From Candidatus Nealsonbacteria bacterium (GTDB lineage Bacteria; Patescibacteriota; Minisyncoccia; Minisyncoccales; UBA6532): a stretch of 64,000 nucleotides of DNA. The position numbers were made by a program, and so were the translations under genes. The DNA lies in NCBI GenBank assembly GCA_016186485.1, contig JACPLN010000005.1, forward strand, positions 41,256 to 105,255. Direction: 5' to 3'. Positions 45,526 to 54,285 of this stretch are shown here, piece after piece. The stretch's first letter is position 1. Every line of letters begins with the position of its first letter. Below the pieces are notes generated by a model. It made no database searches. It saw only the letters and a program-made list of their open reading frames with translations, and had not been told where the DNA came from.

Positions 45526-46773
45526 ATGGATTTTAATTTAAGCAAAGATAAAAAAATAGCCATTTTGTTTATTATCTTGACCGCTTTGGTTTTTTCTGTT
45601 TTCGGTTTCTTTACAGGGCTTCGGGCCCCTTCCGTCGTTACCGAAAGAGAGGTTGTCAGAGAAGTGGTTAAAGAATATGTTCCTCAAACCACCCAAGAAG
45701 AAGCGGTAATTAAGGCGGTAAAGGAGGTTTCTCCCGCCGTTGTCTCAATTGTCATCACCAAAGATCTTCCGATATTTGAGCAATATTATGTCAGTCCCTT
45801 TGGCGACGACCCCTTTTTTAAAGGGTTTCAGGTTCCCCAATACCGCCAAAAAGGAACCGAAAAAAGAGAAGTTGGCGGAGGCACCGGCTTTATTGTTTCT
45901 GAAGACGGAATGATTTTGACAAATAAACACGTTGTTCTGGATGCCGCGGCTGACTATACTGTTTTTACGAACGACGGCAGGAAGTTCTCGGCTAAAGTTT
46001 TGGCTAAAGACCCTTTTCAGGATTTTGCCGTTTTAAAGATTGAGAAAGAAAAAATTGTTGACGAAACCGGCAGCCTTAAATCAAAGCCGTTTTCGGTAGC
46101 CAAGATTGGAGATTCAGAACTTTTGCAGATTGGCCAGAGCGTTATTGCCATAGGAAACGCCTTAGGAGAGTTTAGGAATACGATATCGGTCGGGGTTATT
46201 TCGGGTTTGGGCAGAACAATTACGGCTGCCGGGGGCAGCAGTTTTGTTGAAACCATTGAAGACGTTATTCAGACAGACGCGGCTATTAACCAGGGAAATT
46301 CCGGCGGGCCACTTTTGAATTTGCGGGGCGAGGTAATAGGCATTAATACCGCTACTGTTCTTGGGGCCCAGAATATTGGTTTTGCCATACCTGCCAATAA
46401 AGCAAAAAGAGCTATTGAACAGGTGAAGAAATCGGGCAAAATCACTTATCCATTTTTGGGCGTTTACTACACGATAGTTACCGATGAACTGAAAGAAAAA
46501 GTTGATTTGCCGGTTAACTACGGGGCTTGGGTTGGCAGGGAAAAAGACGGTGGAAAAACAGATAGCGCGGTTGTTCCGGATTCGCCGGCACAAAAAGCCG
46601 GAATTACGCAAGACGATATTATTTTGGAACTTAACGGCGAGAAAATAACCAGCGATAATTCTTTAGCTAAAATTATACAAAAATACAATTCTGGAGACGT
46701 CGCTACTCTTAAGATTTTGCGCAACAAAGAAGAAAAAATAATTTCTCTCATCCTCGGCGAACGCAGCGAGTAA
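45526..46773 (+). CDS. htrA: HtrA/DegP-family serine protease with PDZ domain
   Basis: TNKHVV (His), GNSGGPL (Ser), C-terminal PDZ-like region; N-terminal anchor. Confidence 0.9.
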   Translation: MDFNLSKDKKIAILFIILTALVFSVFGFFTGLRAPSVVTEREVVREVVKEYVPQTTQEEAVIKAVKEVSPAVVSIVITKDLPIFEQYYVSPFGDDPFFKGFQVPQYRQKGTEKREVGGGTGFIVSEDGMILTNKHVVLDAAADYTVFTNDGRKFSAKVLAKDPFQDFAVLKIEKEKIVDETGSLKSKPFSVAKIGDSELLQIGQSVIAIGNALGEFRNTISVGVISGLGRTITAAGGSSFVETIEDVIQTDAAINQGNSGGPLLNLRGEVIGINTATVLGAQNIGFAIPANKAKRAIEQVKKSGKITYPFLGVYYTIVTDELKEKVDLPVNYGAWVGREKDGGKTDSAVVPDSPAQKAGITQDDIILELNGEKITSDNSLAKIIQKYNSGDVATLKILRNKEEKIISLILGERSE

Positions 46774-46910
46774 AGAAATTATTTTGCACAATACTTCACG
46801 ATAACACAATACAAACGATCGTTGCTAATACAACCACAGCCATTACATTAATTTGCCATGGCGTTCTTAATGTAATAGGTGTTTATGGAAAACTAGAAAG
46901 GGGAGAATTG

Positions 46911-46997
46911 ATGTTTGTGCCAAGAAACGAACTTCCGAATATAGAAATCGTTTCCCCAAGGACACGATTTCTTATTGAACAAGCACTTGCCGTATAG
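46911..46997 (+). CDS. Candidate 28-codon small ORF (MFVPRNELPNIEIVSPRTRFLIEQALAV)
   Basis: GGGGAG 5 nt upstream of ATG; its 13-nt initiation region AAGGGGAGAATTG is identical to the one at 24738-24750. Confidence 0.3.
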   Translation: MFVPRNELPNIEIVSPRTRFLIEQALAV

Positions 46998-47018
46998 CAG
47001 GTGCCTTTTATATTTTTA

Positions 47019-47047
47019 TTGACAAAAATAAATGCTTCATGCATAAT
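47019..47047 (+). promoter_or_regulatory. Sigma70-like promoter TTGACA-N17-CATAAT
   Basis: -35 47019-47024, -10 47042-47047; AGAGG RBS at 47054-47058 before the ATG at 47070. Confidence 0.5.
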
Positions 47048-47069
47048 CCCTCCAGAGGTAAGAATACGA

Positions 47070-47567
47070 ATGGAAAAAGATGAGGTTGTTAGGAATCTAG
47101 AAGTTCTTATTAAAAAAGTCAAAGAGGGAGTAGTCGATCCAGGAAGGGTTTCTCTCGCCCTTAATGGTTTTCTTGGTGGTTTTCAGCACGATAAGACCAG
47201 AGACGGCTGGGAACTTGTTGAGGATGTTGGTGAAACAAAACTTCTTTCAGTCAATGAGCTTGAACTGGCTCCTTTTCTTCTCAAAAGAGAAAGAAGCGTC
47301 AATGGCGAAGAACTGGTTACAAGGTCAAAGAAAATGCAGGCTAACCTGGGACAACTGCAAGCAGAGTATCTCTTAGATCGTCAGGACGAAATACCAAAAG
47401 AATGGAGAAAGCATCATTTGCATTTCCCGGGAACTATATGGCGCGACCGTGATGGCGACCGCAACATTTTCTGCCTTTGCTGGGGTGGCAGGCGTTGGTA
47501 CCTGATGTTCCGTTGGCTCGACGACGACTTCGACTCCGGTAGCCGGTTGCTGTGCCCTCGCGAGTAG
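47070..47567 (+). CDS. Hypothetical protein A (165 aa), Trp/Arg/Asp-rich C-terminus
   Basis: Promoter plus RBS plus ATG; the track ORF from 47001 would begin upstream of this promoter; no family recognised. Confidence 0.55.
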   Translation: MEKDEVVRNLEVLIKKVKEGVVDPGRVSLALNGFLGGFQHDKTRDGWELVEDVGETKLLSVNELELAPFLLKRERSVNGEELVTRSKKMQANLGQLQAEYLLDRQDEIPKEWRKHHLHFPGTIWRDRDGDRNIFCLCWGGRRWYLMFRWLDDDFDSGSRLLCPRE

Positions 47568-47610
47568 TTCGATAAGCTTACTATAAATAAATTTAGCACC
47601 TTGAAACTAA

Positions 47611-47650
47611 GGCCTTGAGACTTTTTGCCTCTTGGCTTTTTTGTTTTTGA
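47611..47650 (+). terminator. Weak hairpin plus T-run after gene A
   Basis: GCCTTGAG...CCTCTTGGC imperfect stem followed by TTTTTTGTTTTT. Confidence 0.3.
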
Positions 47651-47670
47651 AAATACGACATTTCATGCCC

Positions 47671-47699
47671 TTGACGGGCATCTAACAATAGGATAGGGT
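47671..47699 (+). promoter_or_regulatory. Candidate promoter TTGACG-N17-TAGGGT
   Basis: Same -10 hexamer and spacing as the parA candidate promoter. Confidence 0.4.
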
Positions 47700-47735
47700 A
47701 AAAGAGATAGGTCTTTTAAAAAGAGAGTGGATGGA

Positions 47736-48446
47736 ATGAAAACCAAACAAGAAATTAAACTTTCCTGCAGGGAAACAAGGCTTGTCCTGAAAGCGAGGGA
47801 TAACATTGATAAGCCATTAGATTGGATGATTAACCCAGAACAAGTTTCTGCCATTAATCATTATTTGGTATGTAATGGTTGCAAGAGAGTGGGATTGGGT
47901 AAGATTCTTGAAAAACAGCTTACTTGCCAAGAGGCGTTGGAAATCTGGGCAACAAAGCCCGGCGCCCTGTATCTTTATTCTAGGGTAACTACCCTAAAGG
48001 AGCGCTTAGCTGTTGAGCATGTTTGGGGACGGAGCGTAAGGGGCGCGTTATGGATAGGGCGAAGCAAGGAGCCTATTATTGATAATCATTTTGGAGCCTG
48101 CCTCTACCGTTCCTGCAGATCTCTAATGGGCTATTGGGCTGCAGCGCCTTTGAGCTTGAGTTACGACGGATGGGAAGAAGCGGCAGAAGAAATCCCGTTC
48201 TTGATTGATGTTTTTACAATAGAAGATTGGCCGTTGGAAAACTTACTAAATATTCAGACGAAAAGGATGGCATACTTATTAGAGGCTCTAGGCAAGGGCA
48301 AAATACCACCCGATTGTGATGGAGTTTATCACGATAGCGCAGATATTGTCCGCGAGGTTACAGAAAATATCAAGTCTTTGAGGCTATTAATTGCAGATCA
48401 ATTGAATATCATCAATAGAGCGACTCAACCCCCTAAAAGCAGGTGA
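47736..48446 (+). CDS. Hypothetical protein B (236 aa; in-frame GTG at 47727 also possible)
   Basis: Long ORF with CNGC and several further Cys; no family recognised. Confidence 0.55.
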   Translation: MKTKQEIKLSCRETRLVLKARDNIDKPLDWMINPEQVSAINHYLVCNGCKRVGLGKILEKQLTCQEALEIWATKPGALYLYSRVTTLKERLAVEHVWGRSVRGALWIGRSKEPIIDNHFGACLYRSCRSLMGYWAAAPLSLSYDGWEEAAEEIPFLIDVFTIEDWPLENLLNIQTKRMAYLLEALGKGKIPPDCDGVYHDSADIVREVTENIKSLRLLIADQLNIINRATQPPKSR

Positions 48447-48452
48447 AAATAG

Positions 48453-48779
48453 TTGAACGATAAGATAAGGCTGAAGTCAATTGTAATCACGGTTTTATTT
48501 ATTTCCATTTTACCGATTGCAATTAGTGTTAATGCGGCCATGGGTATTCCAAAAATCTTGTTCCTTTTACTGGCAATATCCTATACGGCATGGACAGGTT
48601 TACTCGTCTTTGCTCTGTATGGTAACCATGTAAGGATATCCATGCTAGAAAACGCGTGGCCGACAGCCCTTCAAGATTATACGAAAAAGAAAATTCGACC
48701 CGTTCAAATAATTCTTCTGGTTACCATTCCCGTTTTTTTTATCGAAACACTGATCTCATGGTTTGTAGTGCTTTATTAA
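48453..48779 (+). CDS. Hypothetical small membrane protein C (3 predicted TM helices)
   Basis: TTG start 8 nt after AGGTGA; three hydrophobic segments. Confidence 0.5.
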   Translation: MNDKIRLKSIVITVLFISILPIAISVNAAMGIPKILFLLLAISYTAWTGLLVFALYGNHVRISMLENAWPTALQDYTKKKIRPVQIILLVTIPVFFIETLISWFVVLY

Positions 48780-48783
48780 AGAC

Positions 48784-48817
48784 AAGTTGCCAAACTAGGT
48801 TTAGCAACTTTTTTATT
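48784..48817 (+). terminator. Rho-independent terminator closing the A-B-C cassette
   Basis: AAGTTGC...GCAACTT 7-bp stem followed by TTTTATT. Confidence 0.55.
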
Positions 48818-48844
48818 GCCAAGATTGGAGTTTTAGTTTATGAT
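48816..48844 (+). promoter_or_regulatory. Candidate murA promoter TTGCCA-N17-TATGAT
   Basis: -10 ends 11 nt before the ATG at 48856 (very short leader). Confidence 0.45.
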
Positions 48845-48855
48845 GAATAAGATTC

Positions 48856-50127
48856 ATGGCAGAAAAGTTTCTCATCAACGGCGGTAAAAAACTTGAAGGA
48901 GAAATAGAGGTAAGAGGCGCGAAAAACGCTGCCTTTGGCATTCTGGCAGCTTCTTTATTAACCAAGGGAGAATGCGTTATTGATAACCTTCCCTTGATTG
49001 AAGACCTTTTTAGAATGGTGGAGATTTTGAAAGGAATGGGGGTAAAAATAGACTGGGTTGGAGAAAGGACTTTAAAGATTAATGCCGAGAGCTTCAATCC
49101 CTCAAAAATAAACCATGATTTGGTGACAATTTTCAGAGGTTCGGTTTTATTAGTGGGTCCCATTTTAGCAAGGTTCGGCAAGGTAAAAATAGCGCATCCC
49201 GGCGGATGCGTCATCGGAGCTCGTCCGATTACAACCCATCTTGACGCTTTTTCTCAAATGGGGGTGGAAATTAAATATGAAAATGGGGGCATTCTTAGCT
49301 TTGAATTGAAAGAGAAAGCAAGGGACAGAACGGTTGTTCTTAACGAGTTTAGCGTTACGGCAACCGAGAACGCGGTTTTGCTAGCCAGTTCTTTTCCCGC
49401 AAGAACCACAATTAAGATTGCCGACGCAGATTACCAAATCCAAGAGCTTTCAAAATTCTTGAACAAAATGGGAGCAAAAATTAATGGGGCGGGAACCCAT
49501 ACCATAGAGGTTGTCGGTTCGCCAAAGCTTTCGGGAGTGAAGCACAAATTAATTTATGACCCCATAGAGGCAGGCACTTTTATAATCGCTGCCGTGGCAA
49601 CGAAAGGGAATGTTTTGGTAAAAAACGTAGAAGTATCATTTCTAGACTTCTTTTTGAAGAAGTTGAAAGATTTCGGAGCCCAATACCAGGTGCTTGGCAA
49701 AGATTCAATAAAGGTTCTTCCATACAAGAATTTGTTTATTGATAAAATTCAGAGCTTGCCATATCCTGGTTTGCCGTCAGACTTGCAGTCCAGTTTTGGC
49801 GTTTTATCCACCCAGACTAAGGGTTCAACCTTAATTCATGACCCTCTTTACGAAGGAAGGCTGAAATATTTGGAAGAAGTTAATAAGATGGGGGCCGAAA
49901 TATATTTTGCCGATCCCCACAGAGCTATTGTTAACGGACCCACAGAGCTTCAGGGCAGAGAACTGGGAAACTATGATTTAAGAGGCGGCGCAGCCTTGAT
50001 TATTGCAGGGTTGATTGCCAGGGGCCAGACATCTATTAGTAATATCTACCAGATAGACAGAGGTTATGAGAAGATTGAAGAGAGGCTGCAAAAATTGGGA
50101 GCAGATATTAAAAGAGTAAAAAATTAA
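48856..50127 (+). CDS. murA: UDP-N-acetylglucosamine 1-carboxyvinyltransferase
   Basis: GAKNA, active-site region HPGGCVIGARP, C-terminal IDRGYE motifs. Confidence 0.95.
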   Translation: MAEKFLINGGKKLEGEIEVRGAKNAAFGILAASLLTKGECVIDNLPLIEDLFRMVEILKGMGVKIDWVGERTLKINAESFNPSKINHDLVTIFRGSVLLVGPILARFGKVKIAHPGGCVIGARPITTHLDAFSQMGVEIKYENGGILSFELKEKARDRTVVLNEFSVTATENAVLLASSFPARTTIKIADADYQIQELSKFLNKMGAKINGAGTHTIEVVGSPKLSGVKHKLIYDPIEAGTFIIAAVATKGNVLVKNVEVSFLDFFLKKLKDFGAQYQVLGKDSIKVLPYKNLFIDKIQSLPYPGLPSDLQSSFGVLSTQTKGSTLIHDPLYEGRLKYLEEVNKMGAEIYFADPHRAIVNGPTELQGRELGNYDLRGGAALIIAGLIARGQTSISNIYQIDRGYEKIEERLQKLGADIKRVKN

Positions 50128-50131
50128 GCAT

Positions 50132-51139
50132 ATGTTCGCAAGAAAAATAGGCATAGATTTGGGCACTTGCAATTCATTGGTTTTTATTCCCCAAAAGGGA
50201 ATAGTTTTGCAGGAACCTTCTGTTGTCGCCGTTGATTTAGACGGCAATAAAATTTTGGCTGTTGGAGAAGAGGCAAAAGCAATGATTGGCAGAACCCCGG
50301 ACACCATAAAGGTTTATAGGCCCCTGAAAGACGGCGTCATCGCCGATTTTAGGGTGACCCAGGCCATGATCAGCTATTTTATAGACAAGGTTTCCGGATT
50401 TTTTAGATTTTTAAAGCCGGAGCTTGTAATTTCGGTTCCGGCCGGCATTACTTCTACCGAAAAAAGAGCAGTGATTGAGGCAGCTCTGGGAGGGGGCGCC
50501 AAGGAAGCTTTTGTCGTAAAAGAGCCGATATTGGCCGCTATTGGGGCAGGCATACCGATTAATGCTTGTTCCGGCCATCTGATAGTAAACATCGGAGGAG
50601 GGACTTCGGAAATCGCGGTAATATCTTTGGGGGGAATAGTGACCGCGAATTCTGTAAGAATTGCCGGAGACAAAATAAATTTGGCAATAGCAAATTTCAT
50701 AAAAAAGAAATACAACCTGGCAATAGGCGAGCAAACTGCCGAAGAAGTCAAAATCAATATTGGAACCGCATTGCCCGAAAAAGAACCCCGTTACATGGAA
50801 ATTAAAGGAAGGGATTTGATTTTAGGGTTGCCCAGAGACATTAAGGTGTCTTCAAATGAGATATGCTTGGTGATTTCCGATGTTTTGCAAGATATTATCC
50901 AGGCGATAAAACACGTTTTAAGAGAAACACCCCCTGAACTTTCCGCCGACATAATGGATAAAGGCATGGTCCTTTCCGGCGGAGGAGCTTTGTTGAGGAA
51001 TATTGACGAGCTTATTACCCAGTCAACCGGCGTCCCTTGTTTTGTTGCCGAGGATCCCATGCTTTGCGTAGCAAAGGGGACAGGGGCGGTGTTGGACAAT
51101 TTGGAAGTGTATAAAAGGAGTCTAATGTCAAAGAAATAA
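50132..51139 (+). CDS. mreB: Rod-shape protein MreB (paralog 1)
   Basis: IGIDLGTCNS, VNIGGGTSE, VLSGGGALL actin-fold motifs. Confidence 0.9.
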   Translation: MFARKIGIDLGTCNSLVFIPQKGIVLQEPSVVAVDLDGNKILAVGEEAKAMIGRTPDTIKVYRPLKDGVIADFRVTQAMISYFIDKVSGFFRFLKPELVISVPAGITSTEKRAVIEAALGGGAKEAFVVKEPILAAIGAGIPINACSGHLIVNIGGGTSEIAVISLGGIVTANSVRIAGDKINLAIANFIKKKYNLAIGEQTAEEVKINIGTALPEKEPRYMEIKGRDLILGLPRDIKVSSNEICLVISDVLQDIIQAIKHVLRETPPELSADIMDKGMVLSGGGALLRNIDELITQSTGVPCFVAEDPMLCVAKGTGAVLDNLEVYKRSLMSKK

Positions 51140-51142
51140 ACC

Positions 51143-51946
51143 ATGGAAAACCAATGGCAGTACCTAAAAATGCTGGTTGAGACAGGCAAACTGCCTCACG
51201 CTTTTTTGTTTTCAGGAAGCAACGGTTCGGAAAATAAAGAGATAGCCCATGATTTTATAAAGTTGCTTCACTGCCAAGAGAAAGATTTTTCTAAAAAGCC
51301 ATGCGGAGCTTGCCGTAGCTGCGCCGATATTGAAAGACAAATGCATCCAGATTCCGTTTTGATTGACAGCCAAGAAGAAGAAATCCCGATTTCTAAAATC
51401 AGGGAGCTGAAAGATTGTTTTTCTTTAAAGCCATTTTTGGGCCAGATAAAAACAGCGGTTATAGCTAACGCCCATTTAATGAACAGGGAAGCCCAAAGCT
51501 CTTTTCTCAAGCTTTTGGAGGAACCGAAGGGAAACGCTCTTTTCATATTGGCCACCGAATATCCCGAGATGCTTTTGCCGACAATTCTTTCAAGGGTGGA
51601 AAAAGTAAGGTTATTCACTGTCTCAAAAACTAAAAAAGAAGACCAGCAAAATAAGTTCTGCAAGAAAACAACTCAGGATTTCACAAGGTTGGCAGAATCA
51701 GATCTTGGATACCGTTTTGAAGCGGCAAAGGAGCTGTCCGGATCGCCTCAACTTCAAGAAGTTTTGCAAATTTGGATGGGGCACCTTAGAGAAGTTTTGC
51801 TGCTAAAAGCAAAAAATCCTGAAAATAACATGAATTTGAATAAGTTGGCAGAAACGATAAAGCTCATCCAAAGGATTCATTTTTTGCTTGCAACCACCAA
51901 TGTTAATCCACGGCTGGCATTGGAAACTTTGATGCTTGGAATCTGA
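51143..51946 (+). CDS. holB: DNA polymerase III delta-prime subunit-like clamp-loader protein
   Basis: LPHAFLFSG, CxxCxxC zinc module, SRVEKVRL sensor-like motif; degenerate P-loop. Confidence 0.7.
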   Translation: MENQWQYLKMLVETGKLPHAFLFSGSNGSENKEIAHDFIKLLHCQEKDFSKKPCGACRSCADIERQMHPDSVLIDSQEEEIPISKIRELKDCFSLKPFLGQIKTAVIANAHLMNREAQSSFLKLLEEPKGNALFILATEYPEMLLPTILSRVEKVRLFTVSKTKKEDQQNKFCKKTTQDFTRLAESDLGYRFEAAKELSGSPQLQEVLQIWMGHLREVLLLKAKNPENNMNLNKLAETIKLIQRIHFLLATTNVNPRLALETLMLGI

Positions 51947-52023
51947 ACCAGCGCATAATCTTGACGTCTTTATTTATATTGATTAAGATCTAATCAGCAC
52001 ATTGAATTTTGGTGGTAAAGAGA

Positions 52024-52563
52024 ATGCATAAAGACAGGTTTGCCGTAGCAATATTGCTTTTCACAGCCGCTGTTTTCATATCTTTTGCCTATAAAGAAAT
52101 TAGGACCGAAACACCGGTTAGGTTAGAGGTTGAGTCGTTGGCCTCCCAAAGGATTAATGATAACATCAAAGTCATTGAGAGCGCGCCCGTTTTCAAAGCC
52201 AGACTTTCTAACGAAATAGTTTTCTATTCAGCGGAAGAATTTATCAAGCGTCTGCCAAAGAATTCAGAGATTTATTCTCAATGGATAAAGACTGGTTATT
52301 TTGCGAATGGCACGGTAGCTTCTTTGCATAGGCAATACAGAGTGTTTGATTTCCCCACGTCAACCAACTATATCTATCAAGATGAATATAAGATTGGAAA
52401 ATACATTGCGGTGAAAAACGATTTAAAGACCGTCTATTTTCTGTATGACAACCTTGAAATAGTTTCCACGGCATTTATTGTGTTTGTCCTAATGGGCTGT
52501 GTAATGGTAGCGTTATCGGCTGCCCCTTCTGTTGAGGATCAAAAAAAACAGCTAAGTTCATAA
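52024..52563 (+). CDS. Hypothetical protein with N- and C-terminal membrane helices
   Basis: ORF; candidate TTGACG-N17-TAAGAT promoter upstream (about 51973-52001); no family recognised. Confidence 0.45.
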   Translation: MHKDRFAVAILLFTAAVFISFAYKEIRTETPVRLEVESLASQRINDNIKVIESAPVFKARLSNEIVFYSAEEFIKRLPKNSEIYSQWIKTGYFANGTVASLHRQYRVFDFPTSTNYIYQDEYKIGKYIAVKNDLKTVYFLYDNLEIVSTAFIVFVLMGCVMVALSAAPSVEDQKKQLSS

Positions 52564-52640
52564 AAATACATTAAAAGAAAGAAGGCCCCAAGCCTTCTTT
52601 TTGATTGAGGTTATTTTTGTTTTCTGATATATTAAAGACG

Positions 52641-53198
52641 ATGGATTACAAGGAAATTGTTGATAAAATTAAACCGGAATTGGAAAAGACCTTTTCTTTT
52701 TTAGAGAGAGAGCTGGCGAAAATCCGCACAGGCCGGGCGTCTAGTTCTTTGGTTGAAGACGTAGTCGTTGATTTATTTGGCCAGAAACTCCCTTTAAAAC
52801 AATTGGGTTCAATAACCTCTCCAGAACCAAGGCAGATTGTCGTTCAGCCATGGGACAAATCTTATTTGGAGCCGATTGAAAAAGCCTTGTCCCAGTCTGG
52901 CATCGGGATTTCGCCGGCAGTTGATAAAGACTTAATCAGGGTTAATCTTCCTCCTCTTACCGAAGAGTTTAGGAAGAATCTTATAAAGATAATTTCGGAA
53001 AAACAGGAAGAGGCGAAGCGAACGATAAGGAAATGGAGGGAAGAAGCATGGAAAGAAACCCAAGAATTATCTAGGGGCGGGAAAATCAGGGAAGACGACA
53101 AGTTTAGGGCGAAAGACGAATTGCAGAAGCTGATAGATGAATACGGCAAGAAGATTGAGGAAGCGGGTGATAAAAAAAGAAAAGAAGTAGAATCTTAA
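52641..53198 (+). CDS. frr: Ribosome recycling factor
   Basis: LAKIRTGRASSSLVE, PLTEE(F)R motifs; ATG at 52641 preferred over the track TTG at 52605. Confidence 0.9.
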   Translation: MDYKEIVDKIKPELEKTFSFLERELAKIRTGRASSSLVEDVVVDLFGQKLPLKQLGSITSPEPRQIVVQPWDKSYLEPIEKALSQSGIGISPAVDKDLIRVNLPPLTEEFRKNLIKIISEKQEEAKRTIRKWREEAWKETQELSRGGKIREDDKFRAKDELQKLIDEYGKKIEEAGDKKRKEVES

Positions 53199-53205
53199 AT
53201 TTCAA

Positions 53206-54285
53206 ATGCCAATAATTGCTTTAATTGCCTTTTTTAGTCTTATTGCGCTGGTTATTCTTCATGAGCTTGGCCATTTTTTATTAGCCAAGCGTTTTGGCGT
53301 TAAGGTAGAAGAATTTGGGATTGGATTGCCGCCAAGGATTTTTGGAAAAAAAGCAGGAGAAACCGTTTATTCTTTGAATCTTTTGCCGTTCGGCGCTTTT
53401 GTCAGGATGTTCGGCGAAGAGGAAGAAAAACAAGACCCAAGAAGTTTCAGCTCAAAACCCATTTGGCAAAGGGCCCTGATTGTTTTTGGCGGGGTGGCTG
53501 TTTTTTGGATAGCGGCTGCCGTATTATTTTCCGTTATCATATGGTCGGGCGCTCCAACGGCGGTTGATGACAGCATGGGCGGCGTTCAAAATACAGCGGT
53601 TCAGGTCGCAGACGTGGCAAACGGATCGCCGGCCCAAAAATCAGGCCTGAAGATCGGGGACAAGATAACAGAGCTTAAAATCAATGGTTCAATCCTCAAA
53701 ACCGATAAGGTAAAAGAGGTCCAAGAATTCATAGACGAGAACAAGGGGAAGGAAGTCGTTTTGCTTGTTGAGAGAGGGGGAGAAGATCTTTTTGAGGTGG
53801 CATTGGTTCCAAGGGTTTCGCCTCCCGGAGGCGAAGGAGCTATGGGAGTTGCTCTAATAAGAACCGCCGTTATTAAATATCCTTGGTACGAGGTTCCTTT
53901 AAGAGGTGTTTTCACCGCTGCAAATTTGACGCTGGGCATAATAATGGGCTGGGCAGCTGTTTTGGGGAACATTACCCAAGGGAAAGGCGTTGGAGCGCAA
54001 TTAATGGGACCAGTTGGAATATTAAATCTTTTCGGCCAGGTGGGGCAATTAGGATGGTTTTATTTCCTGAATTTAGTGGCAGTTATTTCTGTGTATCTTG
54101 CCATATTTAACGTTTTGCCGATTCCGGCCCTAGACGGCGGGAAGCTGTTATTTTTAGCATTTGAAAAAATAAAAGGAATGCCGCTTTCTCAAAAAACAGA
54201 GCAGAAAATAACTCAATTTTTCTTTATTCTTCTTGTTGCTTTGCTGGCTTTTGTAACCGTAAAAGACATCATAAGAATTTTATGA
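53206..54285 (+). CDS. rseP: RseP/site-2 (M50) intramembrane metalloprotease with PDZ domain
   Basis: HELGHF zinc motif, PDZ-like segment, NVLPIPALDGG. Confidence 0.9.
   Translation: MPIIALIAFFSLIALVILHELGHFLLAKRFGVKVEEFGIGLPPRIFGKKAGETVYSLNLLPFGAFVRMFGEEEEKQDPRSFSSKPIWQRALIVFGGVAVFWIAAAVLFSVIIWSGAPTAVDDSMGGVQNTAVQVADVANGSPAQKSGLKIGDKITELKINGSILKTDKVKEVQEFIDENKGKEVVLLVERGGEDLFEVALVPRVSPPGGEGAMGVALIRTAVIKYPWYEVPLRGVFTAANLTLGIIMGWAAVLGNITQGKGVGAQLMGPVGILNLFGQVGQLGWFYFLNLVAVISVYLAIFNVLPIPALDGGKLLFLAFEKIKGMPLSQKTEQKITQFFFILLVALLAFVTVKDIIRIL

Noticed and set aside
46842-46876. Perfect 10-bp inverted repeat with TTGCCATGGC in its loop. The same 10-mer sits at the centre of the imperfect palindrome at 10124-10168, suggesting a shared operator.
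   Set aside because: By rough estimate, a 10-bp inverted repeat with a short loop and a shared 10-mer are both within chance expectation for 64 kb of AT-rich sequence. The match was also chosen post hoc.
47001-47069. N-terminal extension of gene A as given in the ORF track (188 aa from 47001).
   Set aside because: The extension begins upstream of the -35 element of a near-consensus promoter that precedes an RBS-ATG at 47070, so the shorter form is favoured.
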